Source: Patescibacteria group bacterium (GTDB lineage: Bacteria > Patescibacteriota > Microgenomatia > UBA1400 > PJMF01). From it: DNA of 64,000 nucleotides. Made by a program: the position numbers and the translations under genes. The notes beneath the pieces are model-generated. The model ran no database searches. It was not told the origin of the DNA and was given only the letters and a program-made list of their open reading frames with translations. Numbering within the stretch: position 1 is the first letter of the stretch; the number at the start of each line of letters is the position of its first letter. Positions 39,157 through 48,780 of this stretch are shown piece by piece. The stretch covers positions 23,739-87,738 of the forward strand of contig JBBDKV010000017.1 in NCBI GenBank assembly GCA_040879165.1. Direction: 5' to 3'.

Positions 39157-39387
39157 AAAGAGTTGATCCGCGCCACACATTCATACAAAAAAATCCAGCT
39201 TCGCGGGATTTTTCTGTATGAGCGGGTGAAGGGAGTCTACGACTCACTCGTTTCACTCGTTCGCATGCATTAGCCAGCCCCGCTGGAGCGGGGTTGGCGG
39301 CAGAACCAAAGAGTTGATCCATGCCACCACCTCAGAAAAATATTGACCCTGTCGGGTCATTATTTTTCTGAGCGGGTGAAGGGAGTC
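39157..39387. repeat. Tandem units (about 150-bp period) duplicating the tRNA-Gly 3' end and terminator
   Basis: TGAGCGGGTGAAGGGAGTC at 39219 and 39369; AAAGAGTTGATCC at 39157 and 39308; a long A/T-flanked hairpin in each unit. Confidence 0.8.
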
Positions 39388-39442
39388 GAACCCTCGTCAC
39401 CAGTTTGGAAAACTGGAGCTCTGACCGTTGAGCTACACCCGC
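39371..39442 (-). tRNA. tRNA-Gly(UCC)
   Basis: GCGGGTGTAGCTCAACGGTCAGAGCTCCAGTTTTCCAAACTGGTGACGAGGGTTCGACTCCCTTCACCCGCT. Confidence 0.95.
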
Positions 39443-39551
39443 GCAATTCATTTGTTTGTTAAATAACTAGAACACTCTGTATTGTACTGCCAATTGGTAT
39501 TCTGGGCAAATGCTTGTGCACGTTGAGCTTTGAATCAAAAAAACAGCTCTG

Positions 39552-40796
39552 CTATGCTGGCACCTTCGCCTGCAGATCTGCCTTACGACTCGCTCGCAGT
39601 GACACACCAAACGCAACCAAAAACAGCACAAGGCCCAGAATGAACACACCTGGAATACTATACGTCGCCACCACACCAGCCATCAGTGGACCGCCGATTT
39701 GCCCAAGCGACATGTACGAAGCGTTGATTCCCAGCAAACCACCTTGCTCTTTGGAACTTGCACGTTCAGAAATCATCCCTGAAATAATCGTCAAAATTGG
39801 TCCACTAAACATCATGTACACAAACAAAAATGCCACAAACATTGAAAAATTGCTTATAAACCCAAGCGCTCCAATCAGCGCAGCAGCACCCAGCTCTGCT
39901 CCGAGAATGATGTGTTCGTGATTGGTAATTTTCCTAAGCAGCACTCGAATACCCACTGCCTGCATCAGCAAATTCACCAGCCCCGAAGCCGCAAACAACA
40001 AGCCAATCTCGCGAGGACTCAACATCAGCACATCGACTGTATACGATTGAAATCCAATAAAAAACGCATTTTGCGCCAGCGAAATTATCAGCACCGTCAA
40101 CATCAGCATGCCCATCACTGGTCGCTTCAGTACACCCACAAATGCTTTAAAGTCAAAAAATGGCTCATCACCCCGCACCTTTTTATTCTTATCATCCAGC
40201 GTTTCCTCCAGGAAAAAGTAGCCAAAAATAGTTGCAGTCAGTGCCAAGCCAGCTGCAAACCAGAAGGGAAACGTAATATTGATTTCACTCAATAACCCAC
40301 CAATTGCTGGTCCAATCAAAAAACCAAAACCAAACGACGCTCCAAGTAGACCAAACGCCTTCGCCCGCTCCTTACCCTCCACTCGATCAGCGATCACAGC
40401 CTGAGCCACCGACATATTCCCCCCAGTGATACCATCGAGAATTCGCGCTAGAAAAAGCATTAGCACCGAAGTGGCTGAAGCAAAAAAGGCCAATGACAAA
40501 CTGGTACCCAACAAACTAAGCAGGAGCAATGGTCGCCGTCCATAAATATCCGATAACCTTCCGATAATGGGAGTTGCCAAAAACTGAAACAACGAAAACG
40601 AGGCAAACAAAAAACTCAAGCCAAGTGGATCAATGCCAAATCGACTTGCATATGGGTAGAGCAGGGGAATGATAGTGCCATATGATAGCGCATTGATCAA
40701 CATCAATACCGCTAAGAACACCAAAGTTCGCTTATGTGAATCTGTTTGATCAGGAGGCAATGCCGAACGAGCAGTAAGGATTCTGGAGAAAAACAT
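39552..40796 (-). CDS. MFS transporter, TetA/DHA1-like
   Basis: Motif A GRLSDIYGRRP, ARILDGITGG, motif C GFLIGPAIGG; about 12 TM. Confidence 0.92.
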   Translation of the reverse strand: MFFSRILTARSALPPDQTDSHKRTLVFLAVLMLINALSYGTIIPLLYPYASRFGIDPLGLSFLFASFSLFQFLATPIIGRLSDIYGRRPLLLLSLLGTSLSLAFFASATSVLMLFLARILDGITGGNMSVAQAVIADRVEGKERAKAFGLLGASFGFGFLIGPAIGGLLSEINITFPFWFAAGLALTATIFGYFFLEETLDDKNKKVRGDEPFFDFKAFVGVLKRPVMGMLMLTVLIISLAQNAFFIGFQSYTVDVLMLSPREIGLLFAASGLVNLLMQAVGIRVLLRKITNHEHIILGAELGAAALIGALGFISNFSMFVAFLFVYMMFSGPILTIISGMISERASSKEQGGLLGINASYMSLGQIGGPLMAGVVATYSIPGVFILGLVLFLVAFGVSLRASRKADLQAKVPA

Positions 40797-40977
40797 ATAG
40801 CTTGCTCTCAAAACTCATAACTATGTCAGCGATTACATTCACTAACAAACAAAAACTGCACTGAACAAGTGGGTGTTCGGCTTGAGGAAAGTATTATACC
40901 TTACTAGGCACTACTAATGCTATAATTGTCTCTGTAGAAATCTAGATCCAAAATAGTCAAATTTTGGCAGACTTCTT

Positions 40978-41061
40978 GGCCCGGTGGCGGAATTGGTAGA
41001 CGCGTCAGACTTAAAATCTGATGATGGCAACATTGTGTGGGTTCGAGTCCCACCCGGGCCA
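40978..41061 (+). tRNA. tRNA-Leu(UAA)
   Basis: GGCCCGG acceptor stem, anticodon loop CTTAAAA, long variable arm, GTTCGAGTC. Confidence 0.95.
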
Positions 41062-41087
41062 CAATTGAGTTATAATACAGAACGAAT

Positions 41088-41153
41088 CAGGGAGTAGCTC
41101 AGATGGTAGGTGCGCCCCGCTTAGCGGGGTGAGGTCACTACCTGCGACCCTGA
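41088..41153 (+). pseudogene. Degenerate copy of tRNA-Pro
   Basis: GGGAGTAGCTCAGATGGTAG is identical to the downstream tRNA-Pro; anticodon arm replaced by CCCCGCTTAGCGGGG; no T-loop. Confidence 0.7.
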
Positions 41154-41179
41154 TACAATATATTCGGCGTATGTATAGC

Positions 41180-41252
41180 CGGGGAGTAGCTCAGATGGTA
41201 GAGTGCGCGCTTTGGGAGCGTGAGGTCGCAGGTTCGAGCCCTGTCTCCCCGA
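41180..41252 (+). tRNA. tRNA-Pro(UGG)
   Basis: CGGGGAGTAGCTCAGATGGTAGAGTGCGCGCTTTGGGAGCGTGAGGTCGCAGGTTCGAGCCCTGTCTCCCCGA. Confidence 0.95.
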
Positions 41253-41290
41253 CATAGTAAGCAACGCGAGTAAAAAGGGGAGAACAAGGC

Positions 41291-41331
41291 GAGAAGTTTA
41301 CCCCGCAAAGCGGGGAGTCCTGTCTCCCCGA
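41291..41331 (+). repeat. tRNA-Pro 3'-end copy preceded by a GC hairpin
   Basis: GAGAAGTTTACCCCGCAAAGCGGG followed by GAGTCCTGTCTCCCCGA. Confidence 0.75.
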
Positions 41332-41351
41332 TAAGTAGTTAGGAGTTCAAA

Positions 41352-41669
41352 ATGAATGAAGAGCCAAAATTTAGTAAATTTGATAGTTTAAGAGATGCGA
41401 TGAAAAGCAAGGCTGAAATGAAAGCAAGCGGCCTTGAAGCCCAAGAAGAATTAAGAGAACAAATAGAAACAGGCGAATATTTCCAAGCCCTAAGACTCCA
41501 GCGTGGCTTATCAACAACAGAACTCGCAAATAAAATTAGAGAAGTTGAAAAAGTTGAAGTAGACCCATATCAAATTACTTTATTAGAAGGTGGCGGACTG
41601 CAAAATAGAAAACTGTATTCAAAACTGTGTAAGTTGTTGGAAAAATACTTTTCAACTCATAATCAGTAG
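41352..41669 (+). CDS. XRE-like HTH protein
   Basis: LRLQRGLSTTELA...ITLLEGG; AGGAG RBS. Confidence 0.7.
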   Translation: MNEEPKFSKFDSLRDAMKSKAEMKASGLEAQEELREQIETGEYFQALRLQRGLSTTELANKIREVEKVEVDPYQITLLEGGGLQNRKLYSKLCKLLEKYFSTHNQ

Positions 41670-41686
41670 TAAATATTCTCTTATCC

Positions 41687-43504
41687 TTACAACCGCTGCT
41701 TCTCCCACAACTGAGCAAATGCTCCCGCTTGATTGATCAACTGCTTGAAGCTTCCTCGTTCAATAATTTTGCCCTCGTGCATCACCACAATTTCGTCCAT
41801 TTCTTTGATCGTAGATAATCGATGAGCAATTACCACCGCAGTTACCCGCTGGAAAAACTGATGCAGCGATGCTTGAATTTTCCTCTCAGAATCAACATCA
41901 AGATGCGAGGTTGCCTCATCCATCAACAACAGATCTGGCTGACGATAGAGAGCACGGGCAATCCCCAGCCGCTGCTTCTCTCCACCAGACAGCTTAACGC
42001 CCTTTTCGCCAATTACCGTATGCATTCCCTCAGGCAGTCGCTCGACCACCTCCTGCAGATGCGCGTTCTGAATCGACTTTAATATTCGTTCCTCGTCTGG
42101 TTTTTCCTGAGGCTGCGCACCAATTAAAATATTTTCTCTCAGTGTCAGATTGAATAATTCCGTATCCTGCAACACCACCGACAGGTGGTTGATATAGTCT
42201 TGGCGTGAAATATTTGTCAGTGAAATGTCATCGATCAAAATTTCTCCTTCATAATCCTCATACAAATCAAGCAATAGACTAAACAGGGTCGACTTTCCCG
42301 CTCCAGACAACCCAACGATACCAATTTTTTGACCACGATTGATGGTAAGATTAAAATTAAGTAGCACCTTTTTCTGGCCATATGAAAACGTCACATTCTT
42401 AAACTCAATCTTCTTCCAATTTTCAGGTACAACTTGCTGCTGAGAAACTCGTGTGCCTTCGATTGTCGGCAGAGTAAGCAAAATCTCCTTTAACCGATAG
42501 AACTGCAATTTATTTATCACCAACTCATGAGCCACATCGGCCAGCTCAAACACAGCCTCTTCCACTTTGCCAAAATATCCTACAAACAGAACTAGGATTG
42601 CAGCCGAAAACTCACCCTGTAAAATTTGATACACAATGTAACTAATCATGCCTACTTCAAAAATGAAGTAAAAGACACTCAAGGCGCCGTTTCGATACTG
42701 AAAAAGCGCAACTCTTTTTTGAATTGCTCCGTAAGTCTGATTAGTGTAGGAATTCAGGCTACTCAAAATTGCCCGATGAATACTCAGTGATTTCACCGTT
42801 TTAATATTATTAAGCGCCTCATAACTAAAGCCTTCTAAATCTTCTTGATATTGATTCACCACATACGCTTGATGGGCGGCTCGCTTTGTAAGAATAGAGG
42901 AGAGGATGAAGTAGACCACCATAAAGATAAACATTGTGATAGCCAAATGTAGATCAAGTGCCAAGAAAATAAGAAAGATACTTATTGAGTTTAGACATGC
43001 TTCAATGATGACATTGAAAAATATTCTGATCGTACCATCAAGCGCTCGACTACCATGATCAATTCGCTTTATTTTATTGCCAATTTTCTCTTTTTCTTGC
43101 CAGGAAATATCCAAACTGAAAATATGTCGAAACGCCTGCAATCGAGTATCTAGTGCCACCCGTTCACTTACTTGATATCCAAGCCACTTAGCAGACTGAT
43201 GAGCCACTGAGTGATACATCACAGCTACCAACCAACCCACCAGCAACCAGATTGCTTCCTGCGTTTTATCGGCTGCAGAAATAGCAGTGGCATCCGTCAG
43301 CAACACCACCAATCTGCTTAAAGCAAAGGTGGGGTATAGATTAACGACATCACTACTGAGTCGTAAAAAAGCACCCAACAAGAACTTGGCCTTGTACGGC
43401 TGAATCAATTTGATCAAATCAGTAACAAATTCGAGAACCGAATACTGAATGGTGCTAGTAGAAAATGACTTATTTGGCACCAGGGTATTGTACAGGAAAG
43501 TCAA
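41687..43504 (-). CDS. ABC transporter, fused permease/ATPase (MdlB-like)
   Basis: GLSGAGKS, LSGGEKQR, LLMDEATS, IAHRLST; start uncertain. Confidence 0.93.
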   Translation of the reverse strand: MTFLYNTLVPNKSFSTSTIQYSVLEFVTDLIKLIQPYKAKFLLGAFLRLSSDVVNLYPTFALSRLVVLLTDATAISAADKTQEAIWLLVGWLVAVMYHSVAHQSAKWLGYQVSERVALDTRLQAFRHIFSLDISWQEKEKIGNKIKRIDHGSRALDGTIRIFFNVIIEACLNSISIFLIFLALDLHLAITMFIFMVVYFILSSILTKRAAHQAYVVNQYQEDLEGFSYEALNNIKTVKSLSIHRAILSSLNSYTNQTYGAIQKRVALFQYRNGALSVFYFIFEVGMISYIVYQILQGEFSAAILVLFVGYFGKVEEAVFELADVAHELVINKLQFYRLKEILLTLPTIEGTRVSQQQVVPENWKKIEFKNVTFSYGQKKVLLNFNLTINRGQKIGIVGLSGAGKSTLFSLLLDLYEDYEGEILIDDISLTNISRQDYINHLSVVLQDTELFNLTLRENILIGAQPQEKPDEERILKSIQNAHLQEVVERLPEGMHTVIGEKGVKLSGGEKQRLGIARALYRQPDLLLMDEATSHLDVDSERKIQASLHQFFQRVTAVVIAHRLSTIKEMDEIVVMHEGKIIERGSFKQLINQAGAFAQLWEKQRL

Positions 43505-43676
43505 GAGTCTGTTATGACTAAAAACAAATACAGCTAGTGTAAGATTGCAGCAAATCCTATTGTCACCAAAATCTGATACGGTACTATCAATACAGCGTTA
43601 TCACTTGATCTAAGAGTTCAAAGACAATGTCTCGGTTAATCTTGCCATTTCTTCAACTCCCAGCTATAACTAAACC

Positions 43677-44324
43677 ATGGAAAATACGCAATCTCCTGTA
43701 GAAACTCCCGCAGAAACTACACCGCCTAAAAAACGAATTAGTTGGTACTGGTATCTCATCGGAGGCGTACTTATTGCTGCGTTGGCTAGTGCTTATTTTA
43801 ACCAACACGACCCTGCCCCCACACAGCCGCCAGAGGAGTATGCTCAAACCATACGTTGGGACGAGTGGAAGAGCAGTGATCCTGAGGACAACCAGTTGGA
43901 GCTCACAGATGAGCTTGTCACTGAGATGCTTGAGACCGAGTATGAACAAGTGGCATTTTTACAGTACCAGCCAGATGAAGAATTTCCTGGGGAAGAAGTT
44001 TCTCCCTTGGGGATAGCGTTGGTGAATATTGAAGAAGAACGAACACTAGCTCAGATCACTGTTGACGGCTTGGAGTTTGTGCCACAAGAATATCGCTACG
44101 CTGCTTGGATGCTTAATCCCGAAACAGAAAACTACCGCTTGCTCGGTCCGCTAGTTCCAGTTGCGGATCAAATGGGCGAGCGCCCAGCTTGGGAGTTATT
44201 GTATGGTGTAACAGAAGCATGGCCGGCAGAAGCCACTATCATTGTCACTCAAGAAACCTCTGGCGAGGCGCCAATTGAACCAACAATGCCACCGTTACTC
44301 GCCGGACAGCTTGATTCTCTCTAG
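43677..44324 (+). CDS. Acidic single-pass membrane protein (RskA C-terminal-like)
   Basis: One TM; YAAWM...LLGPL...IIVTQE...P..P.LAG pattern. Confidence 0.6.
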   Translation: MENTQSPVETPAETTPPKKRISWYWYLIGGVLIAALASAYFNQHDPAPTQPPEEYAQTIRWDEWKSSDPEDNQLELTDELVTEMLETEYEQVAFLQYQPDEEFPGEEVSPLGIALVNIEEERTLAQITVDGLEFVPQEYRYAAWMLNPETENYRLLGPLVPVADQMGERPAWELLYGVTEAWPAEATIIVTQETSGEAPIEPTMPPLLAGQLDSL

Positions 44325-44330
44325 GATACA

Positions 44331-45131
44331 GTGAAAAACTTTCAAACATATATTCTCTGGTGGTATTCGCAGTACGGACGGACACATCTTCCTTGGCGCC
44401 AGACTACCGATCCATATCGAATACTCGTGTCAGAATTAATGCTTCAACAAACGCAGGTGGATCGAGTTATCCCCAAGTACAATGCATTTCTCAAACAATT
44501 TCCAACTGTTCAGGTGCTTGCTACCGCACGCCTCGGTGCAGTTCTGACTGCTTGGCAAGGACTTGGTTACAATCGTCGGGCGAAATACTTGCATCAATTA
44601 GCACAAACCGTAACTCGGGATGCTTCTGGCATATTTCCAAAATCTGAGACGGAATTACTGAATTTGCCTGGTGTTGGATCCTACACTGCCTCTGCAATCA
44701 CTGCCTTTGCATATAATCAACCTACAGTTGTTATTGAAACCAATATACGAGCAGTCTATATTTATCACTTTTTTCCAGAAAAGTCCCAGGTTAAAGACGA
44801 TGAGTTGCTTCTTCTCATTAGCGATTCATTGTACAAAAAAAATCCTCGTCTTTGGTATTCCGCTTTGATGGATTACGGAACTCAGCTTAAAAAAATATTT
44901 CCAAATCCCAACAGAAACAGCAGGCAATACGCTAGGCAAAGCACTTTTCAAGGATCATTACGTCAAACGAGGGGAGAGATTATTCGCATGCTTTCTGTCC
45001 ATTCCAATCTTTCTGAAACAAAACTGTTACAACAACTCACTTCCAATCCAGAGCATCACGCCAAAGCCTTGGAAAGTTTGATCAAAGAGCAGCTAGTTCT
45101 CAGAGAAAAAACCACTATTCGTTTGGCTTAA
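44331..45131 (+). CDS. mutY: MutY-like HhH-GPD adenine glycosylase, short and lacking Fe-S cysteines
   Basis: LPWR, VSELMLQQTQV, WQGLGYNRRA, LPGVGSYTA. Confidence 0.88.
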   Translation: MKNFQTYILWWYSQYGRTHLPWRQTTDPYRILVSELMLQQTQVDRVIPKYNAFLKQFPTVQVLATARLGAVLTAWQGLGYNRRAKYLHQLAQTVTRDASGIFPKSETELLNLPGVGSYTASAITAFAYNQPTVVIETNIRAVYIYHFFPEKSQVKDDELLLLISDSLYKKNPRLWYSALMDYGTQLKKIFPNPNRNSRQYARQSTFQGSLRQTRGEIIRMLSVHSNLSETKLLQQLTSNPEHHAKALESLIKEQLVLREKTTIRLA

Positions 45132-45177
45132 TTACCCAAACCTTTCACAATACAAAATTTACTGGTACAGTACTTCC

Positions 45178-46338
45178 ATGTCATCACTTGCTCAAACGCT
45201 TAGACCAAAAACACTTGATGAAGTTATTGGCCAATCTCACCTCATAAGCCAGGGAAAACCACTCCGCGCAGCTCTTGAAAAAGATCATATTTTCTCTATT
45301 ATTTTTTGGGGACCACCTGGAGTTGGAAAGACCACACTAGCACGAATTATTGCCAATCATCTTGATCGAGATTTCTACGAAGTTTCAGCAGTCAGCGCTG
45401 GAAAAAAACGGCTTCAAGAAATTGTCCTTGAAGCGCAACAGCTACTCTCCCCAAAAGCTCCAGTATTATTTGTCGATGAAATTCATCGCTTTAATAAAGC
45501 GCAGCAAGACTACCTACTTCCTTATGTTGAAGATGGCACAATCATTCTGATAGGAGCAACCACTGAGAACCCAAGTTTTGAGGTCATCTCAGCTTTACTT
45601 TCTCGTACAAAAGTATTTACTCTTAAACCACTTTCCTCATCTGAATTATTACTTTTGTTAAAAAAAGTAGTCAAGCATCTGAGCATTACTCCACCACTTA
45701 CTTCAGATACCAAAGAATGGCTCATCAATTTTTCTGCTGGTGATGCTCGCAAGCTTCTCAACTTAATTGAGCAAACAAAAATTCTTTTTGATGAAGTATC
45801 ACTTGAGAACTTAAAGAAAACGCTTCAAAGTTCAGCAATTAAGTACGATAAGGATGGGGAAGAACATTACGATACAATAAGTGCTTTTATCAAGTCCATG
45901 CGCGCCAGCAACGTCGATGCGTCACTCTATTATTTGGCTCGAATGGTGCACGCAGGAGAGGACCCTACATTTATCGCTCGACGAATGGTGATCTTTGCCA
46001 GCGAAGACATTGGTTTGGCTGCACCGACGGCACTGGTGGTTGCCAATGCAGTGTTTGATGCAGTAACAAAGATTGGCTATCCCGAAGCCCAGATCAATCT
46101 CGCTCATGGTGTGGCATACTTGGCCAGCTGTAAAAAGAATCGTTCAGCCTATGACGCTTATTTTTCAGCACTAGCAGATGTTGAAAAATTTGGCAATCTA
46201 CCCATTCCCCTCAATCTGAGAAATGCGCCCACAGCTTTGATGAAAGAGTTGGGATATGGCAAGAATTACGAGATGTATCCAGACACCAAAAAATCCCTAC
46301 TACCTGACAAGCTTGCAAAGAAAAACTACTTCAAGTAG
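45178..46338 (+). CDS. rarA: Replication-associated recombination protein A
   Basis: GPPGVGKTT, DEIHRFNKAQQD, GATTENPSF, ASEDIGLA. Confidence 0.95.
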   Translation: MSSLAQTLRPKTLDEVIGQSHLISQGKPLRAALEKDHIFSIIFWGPPGVGKTTLARIIANHLDRDFYEVSAVSAGKKRLQEIVLEAQQLLSPKAPVLFVDEIHRFNKAQQDYLLPYVEDGTIILIGATTENPSFEVISALLSRTKVFTLKPLSSSELLLLLKKVVKHLSITPPLTSDTKEWLINFSAGDARKLLNLIEQTKILFDEVSLENLKKTLQSSAIKYDKDGEEHYDTISAFIKSMRASNVDASLYYLARMVHAGEDPTFIARRMVIFASEDIGLAAPTALVVANAVFDAVTKIGYPEAQINLAHGVAYLASCKKNRSAYDAYFSALADVEKFGNLPIPLNLRNAPTALMKELGYGKNYEMYPDTKKSLLPDKLAKKNYFK

Positions 46339-46378
46339 CCCTACACTCTATGCAAGAATTGGTGTGTACACTTGTAAC

Positions 46379-47836
46379 ATGCCAACTCCTCAAGAAGTAC
46401 TGAAGCATTTTTGGCAGTACGACCATTTCCGCTCAGGACAGCTGAAAATTATTGAAGCAGCGCTCAACGGTCGCGACGTACTCGCACTACTACCAACTGG
46501 TGGTGGTAAATCTATTTGTTATCAAGTACCCGCAGTGTTGCTACCTGGTCTCACAATTGTAATCTCCCCACTTATTTCCCTGATGCAGGATCAAGTACAA
46601 AACTTGCTCTCAAGGGGCATTCCTGCAACATACCTAGCAAGCTCAGTTGACAAGCAAGAAATGTCATCACGCATGATCAAGTTACGAAACGGTGAGTATA
46701 CATTAGTCTATTTGTCGCCAGAACGTCTCAAACAAGATGCTATCCAAGCAGTATTTAAAACCCTCACAATTAGTCTGATCGTGATTGATGAAGCGCACTG
46801 TATTAGTCAGTGGGGGCATAGCTTTCGCCCGCCGTACCGAGCCATTGCTGCCAGAGTGAAGCTGATACGACCTGATACACCAATTATGGCACTGACAGCC
46901 ACAGCCACTCCTCAGACGGCACTTGATCTCATTGCCACCCTGCGACTTCAGGATCCGTATACTGAAAAATTGAGCTTTTTTCGGGACATTGCTATCCATG
47001 TCTGGAGAGCTAACCACGTAATGCACAAAGACCTGCAGTTATTGTTGTTACTGAAGCAACTAGGCAATCAACCAACAATTATCTATGCATCAACCAGGGA
47101 AAATGTCGAACTCGTAGCTCATTGGCTAAACTCCTTAAAAACTTTCCTAAAACTTTCATCAGTTGGGAAATACCATGCTGGTATGGGAGCAGATGATCGA
47201 GAAGCTGAGCAGCGTGCTTTTCTAGAAAATACAACCAAGATTATGGTTGCCACTTCTGCCTTCGGAATGGGAATAGATAAACCAGATATTACTACAGTCA
47301 TACACTATCAACTACCAGGCTCAATTGAGCAGTTTTATCAAGAAATTGGCAGAGCAGGAAGAGGCGGACAGCACTCTCAATCTCACTTATTGCTGGCTCC
47401 AAACGATTTGACAATTCAACAAGCAATGGCAACCACTCATGATAGCAAGCAAACAACTCGAAATTCGCACAAACTGCGTAGTCTGATCAATTTTACGACT
47501 CAAAACTGCTGTAGAATGCAAGGTTTATGCGCTTATTTTGGCGAACAATTAGAAACACGATGCAGCTTTTGTGACCGCTGTGATCCCAGCTTTCACTTTT
47601 ATAATCAAGATACAGATCACCTTTCCCAGCAACTTTCCCATTGGCGAACCATACTGGCAAAACACCATAACTATCATCCAGCTTCTATTCTCAACGATGC
47701 GCAGCTTCAACTAATCTCCCTACTGAAACCTACTAGTGTGCAAGAGTTTAAAAGCATCTCTCTTTTTGGCAAGCTTTGGATTGATAGATGGGGTAAAAGA
47801 TTACTTTCACAATCGTGGTACAATACTCAACATTGA
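46379..47836 (+). CDS. recQ: RecQ-family helicase
   Basis: PTGGGKS, DEAHCISQWGHSFRP, AFGMGIDK, QEIGRAGR, Zn cysteines, HRDC-like end. Confidence 0.93.
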   Translation: MPTPQEVLKHFWQYDHFRSGQLKIIEAALNGRDVLALLPTGGGKSICYQVPAVLLPGLTIVISPLISLMQDQVQNLLSRGIPATYLASSVDKQEMSSRMIKLRNGEYTLVYLSPERLKQDAIQAVFKTLTISLIVIDEAHCISQWGHSFRPPYRAIAARVKLIRPDTPIMALTATATPQTALDLIATLRLQDPYTEKLSFFRDIAIHVWRANHVMHKDLQLLLLLKQLGNQPTIIYASTRENVELVAHWLNSLKTFLKLSSVGKYHAGMGADDREAEQRAFLENTTKIMVATSAFGMGIDKPDITTVIHYQLPGSIEQFYQEIGRAGRGGQHSQSHLLLAPNDLTIQQAMATTHDSKQTTRNSHKLRSLINFTTQNCCRMQGLCAYFGEQLETRCSFCDRCDPSFHFYNQDTDHLSQQLSHWRTILAKHHNYHPASILNDAQLQLISLLKPTSVQEFKSISLFGKLWIDRWGKRLLSQSWYNTQH

Positions 47837-47855
47837 CAACTTAACTGAGGATTTC

Positions 47856-48182
47856 ATGACAGTACAAGAACTCATTCAACAATATCAAGAAATTGCAAAC
47901 ACGCTTAATAAAACCTGGCCATTGGACAAGCAGCAACGAGTATTTGCCCGCACACTCAAACTCACAGAAGAAATGGGCGAACTAGCTGATGAAATTCTGA
48001 CAAGCATGAAACTACAACGGAATAGCAAAGTAAGCAACTTTACGCAAGAAAAGCTTGAAGATGAGTTTGCTGACGTATTTGCTTGTGTTGTCTTGATGGG
48101 AATTGAGCTCGATATTGATGTCGTGAAAGTGATGGAACGAAAAATCGCATCAACTAGACTTCGTTTAGAAGAAGAAAAATAA
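47856..48182 (+). CDS. MazG-like NTP pyrophosphohydrolase
   Basis: KLTEEMGELADE...EDEFADV. Confidence 0.85.
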   Translation: MTVQELIQQYQEIANTLNKTWPLDKQQRVFARTLKLTEEMGELADEILTSMKLQRNSKVSNFTQEKLEDEFADVFACVVLMGIELDIDVVKVMERKIASTRLRLEEEK

Positions 48183-48190
48183 TTTTGTTT

Positions 48191-48772
48191 CTACAACCCT
48201 GGCACGCAGTCTTGCCACAAACCAAGACTCTGATCACGAGCAGCAGCTTGGGCAGCAAGTAAGCGATCTTCATATTTTTTATCTGGCGGATAGGTAATTT
48301 GTGTAGCGAAGCCTTGCTGCACCAACCATTCATTGACCAGTGTTTCATCTACCCAAACGTAGCGAAGCAATCTACCATAGCGATCCCGATTACTGCGATC
48401 ACGCTCCAGTCGCACAACCACACCCTCGACCCATTGACGATTTGCCTCACTTGATTCAGCAGCGTAACATTCCGCGTTACTTGCGCTACGAGAGTTTAAT
48501 TCTGGCGTATCAATTCCGATATACCGCACTCTCTCACCAGAATCCAACTCAACTGTATCGCCATCAATCACTCGCACTACTAAGGCTGACTCAGCTGCAC
48601 GATCTTCATTCAAATCCACAGCAGGTGCTGGCAACTCAGCTGCGCTCTCTAACTGATCGCGAGCCTGTCCAAACAACTCAGGAAATTCAATCAATGCGCC
48701 CCAAGTTAAAAACCAGACGATACCTGTTAAAACCGATAATTGAAAAAAACTTAGCAACTGCTTTCTACTCAT
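48191..48772 (-). CDS. Thermonuclease (SNase-like), membrane-anchored
   Basis: VIDGDT, VRYIGIDTPE, DRYGRLLRYV, GLW. Confidence 0.93.
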   Translation of the reverse strand: MSRKQLLSFFQLSVLTGIVWFLTWGALIEFPELFGQARDQLESAAELPAPAVDLNEDRAAESALVVRVIDGDTVELDSGERVRYIGIDTPELNSRSASNAECYAAESSEANRQWVEGVVVRLERDRSNRDRYGRLLRYVWVDETLVNEWLVQQGFATQITYPPDKKYEDRLLAAQAAARDQSLGLWQDCVPGL

Positions 48773-48780
48773 GTCAGCAG

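Noticed and set aside
39219-39307. Intron-containing tRNA-Gly
   Set aside because: Similarity to the tRNA stops after GAACC, so there is no 5' half; an intact tRNA-Gly lies 150 bp away.
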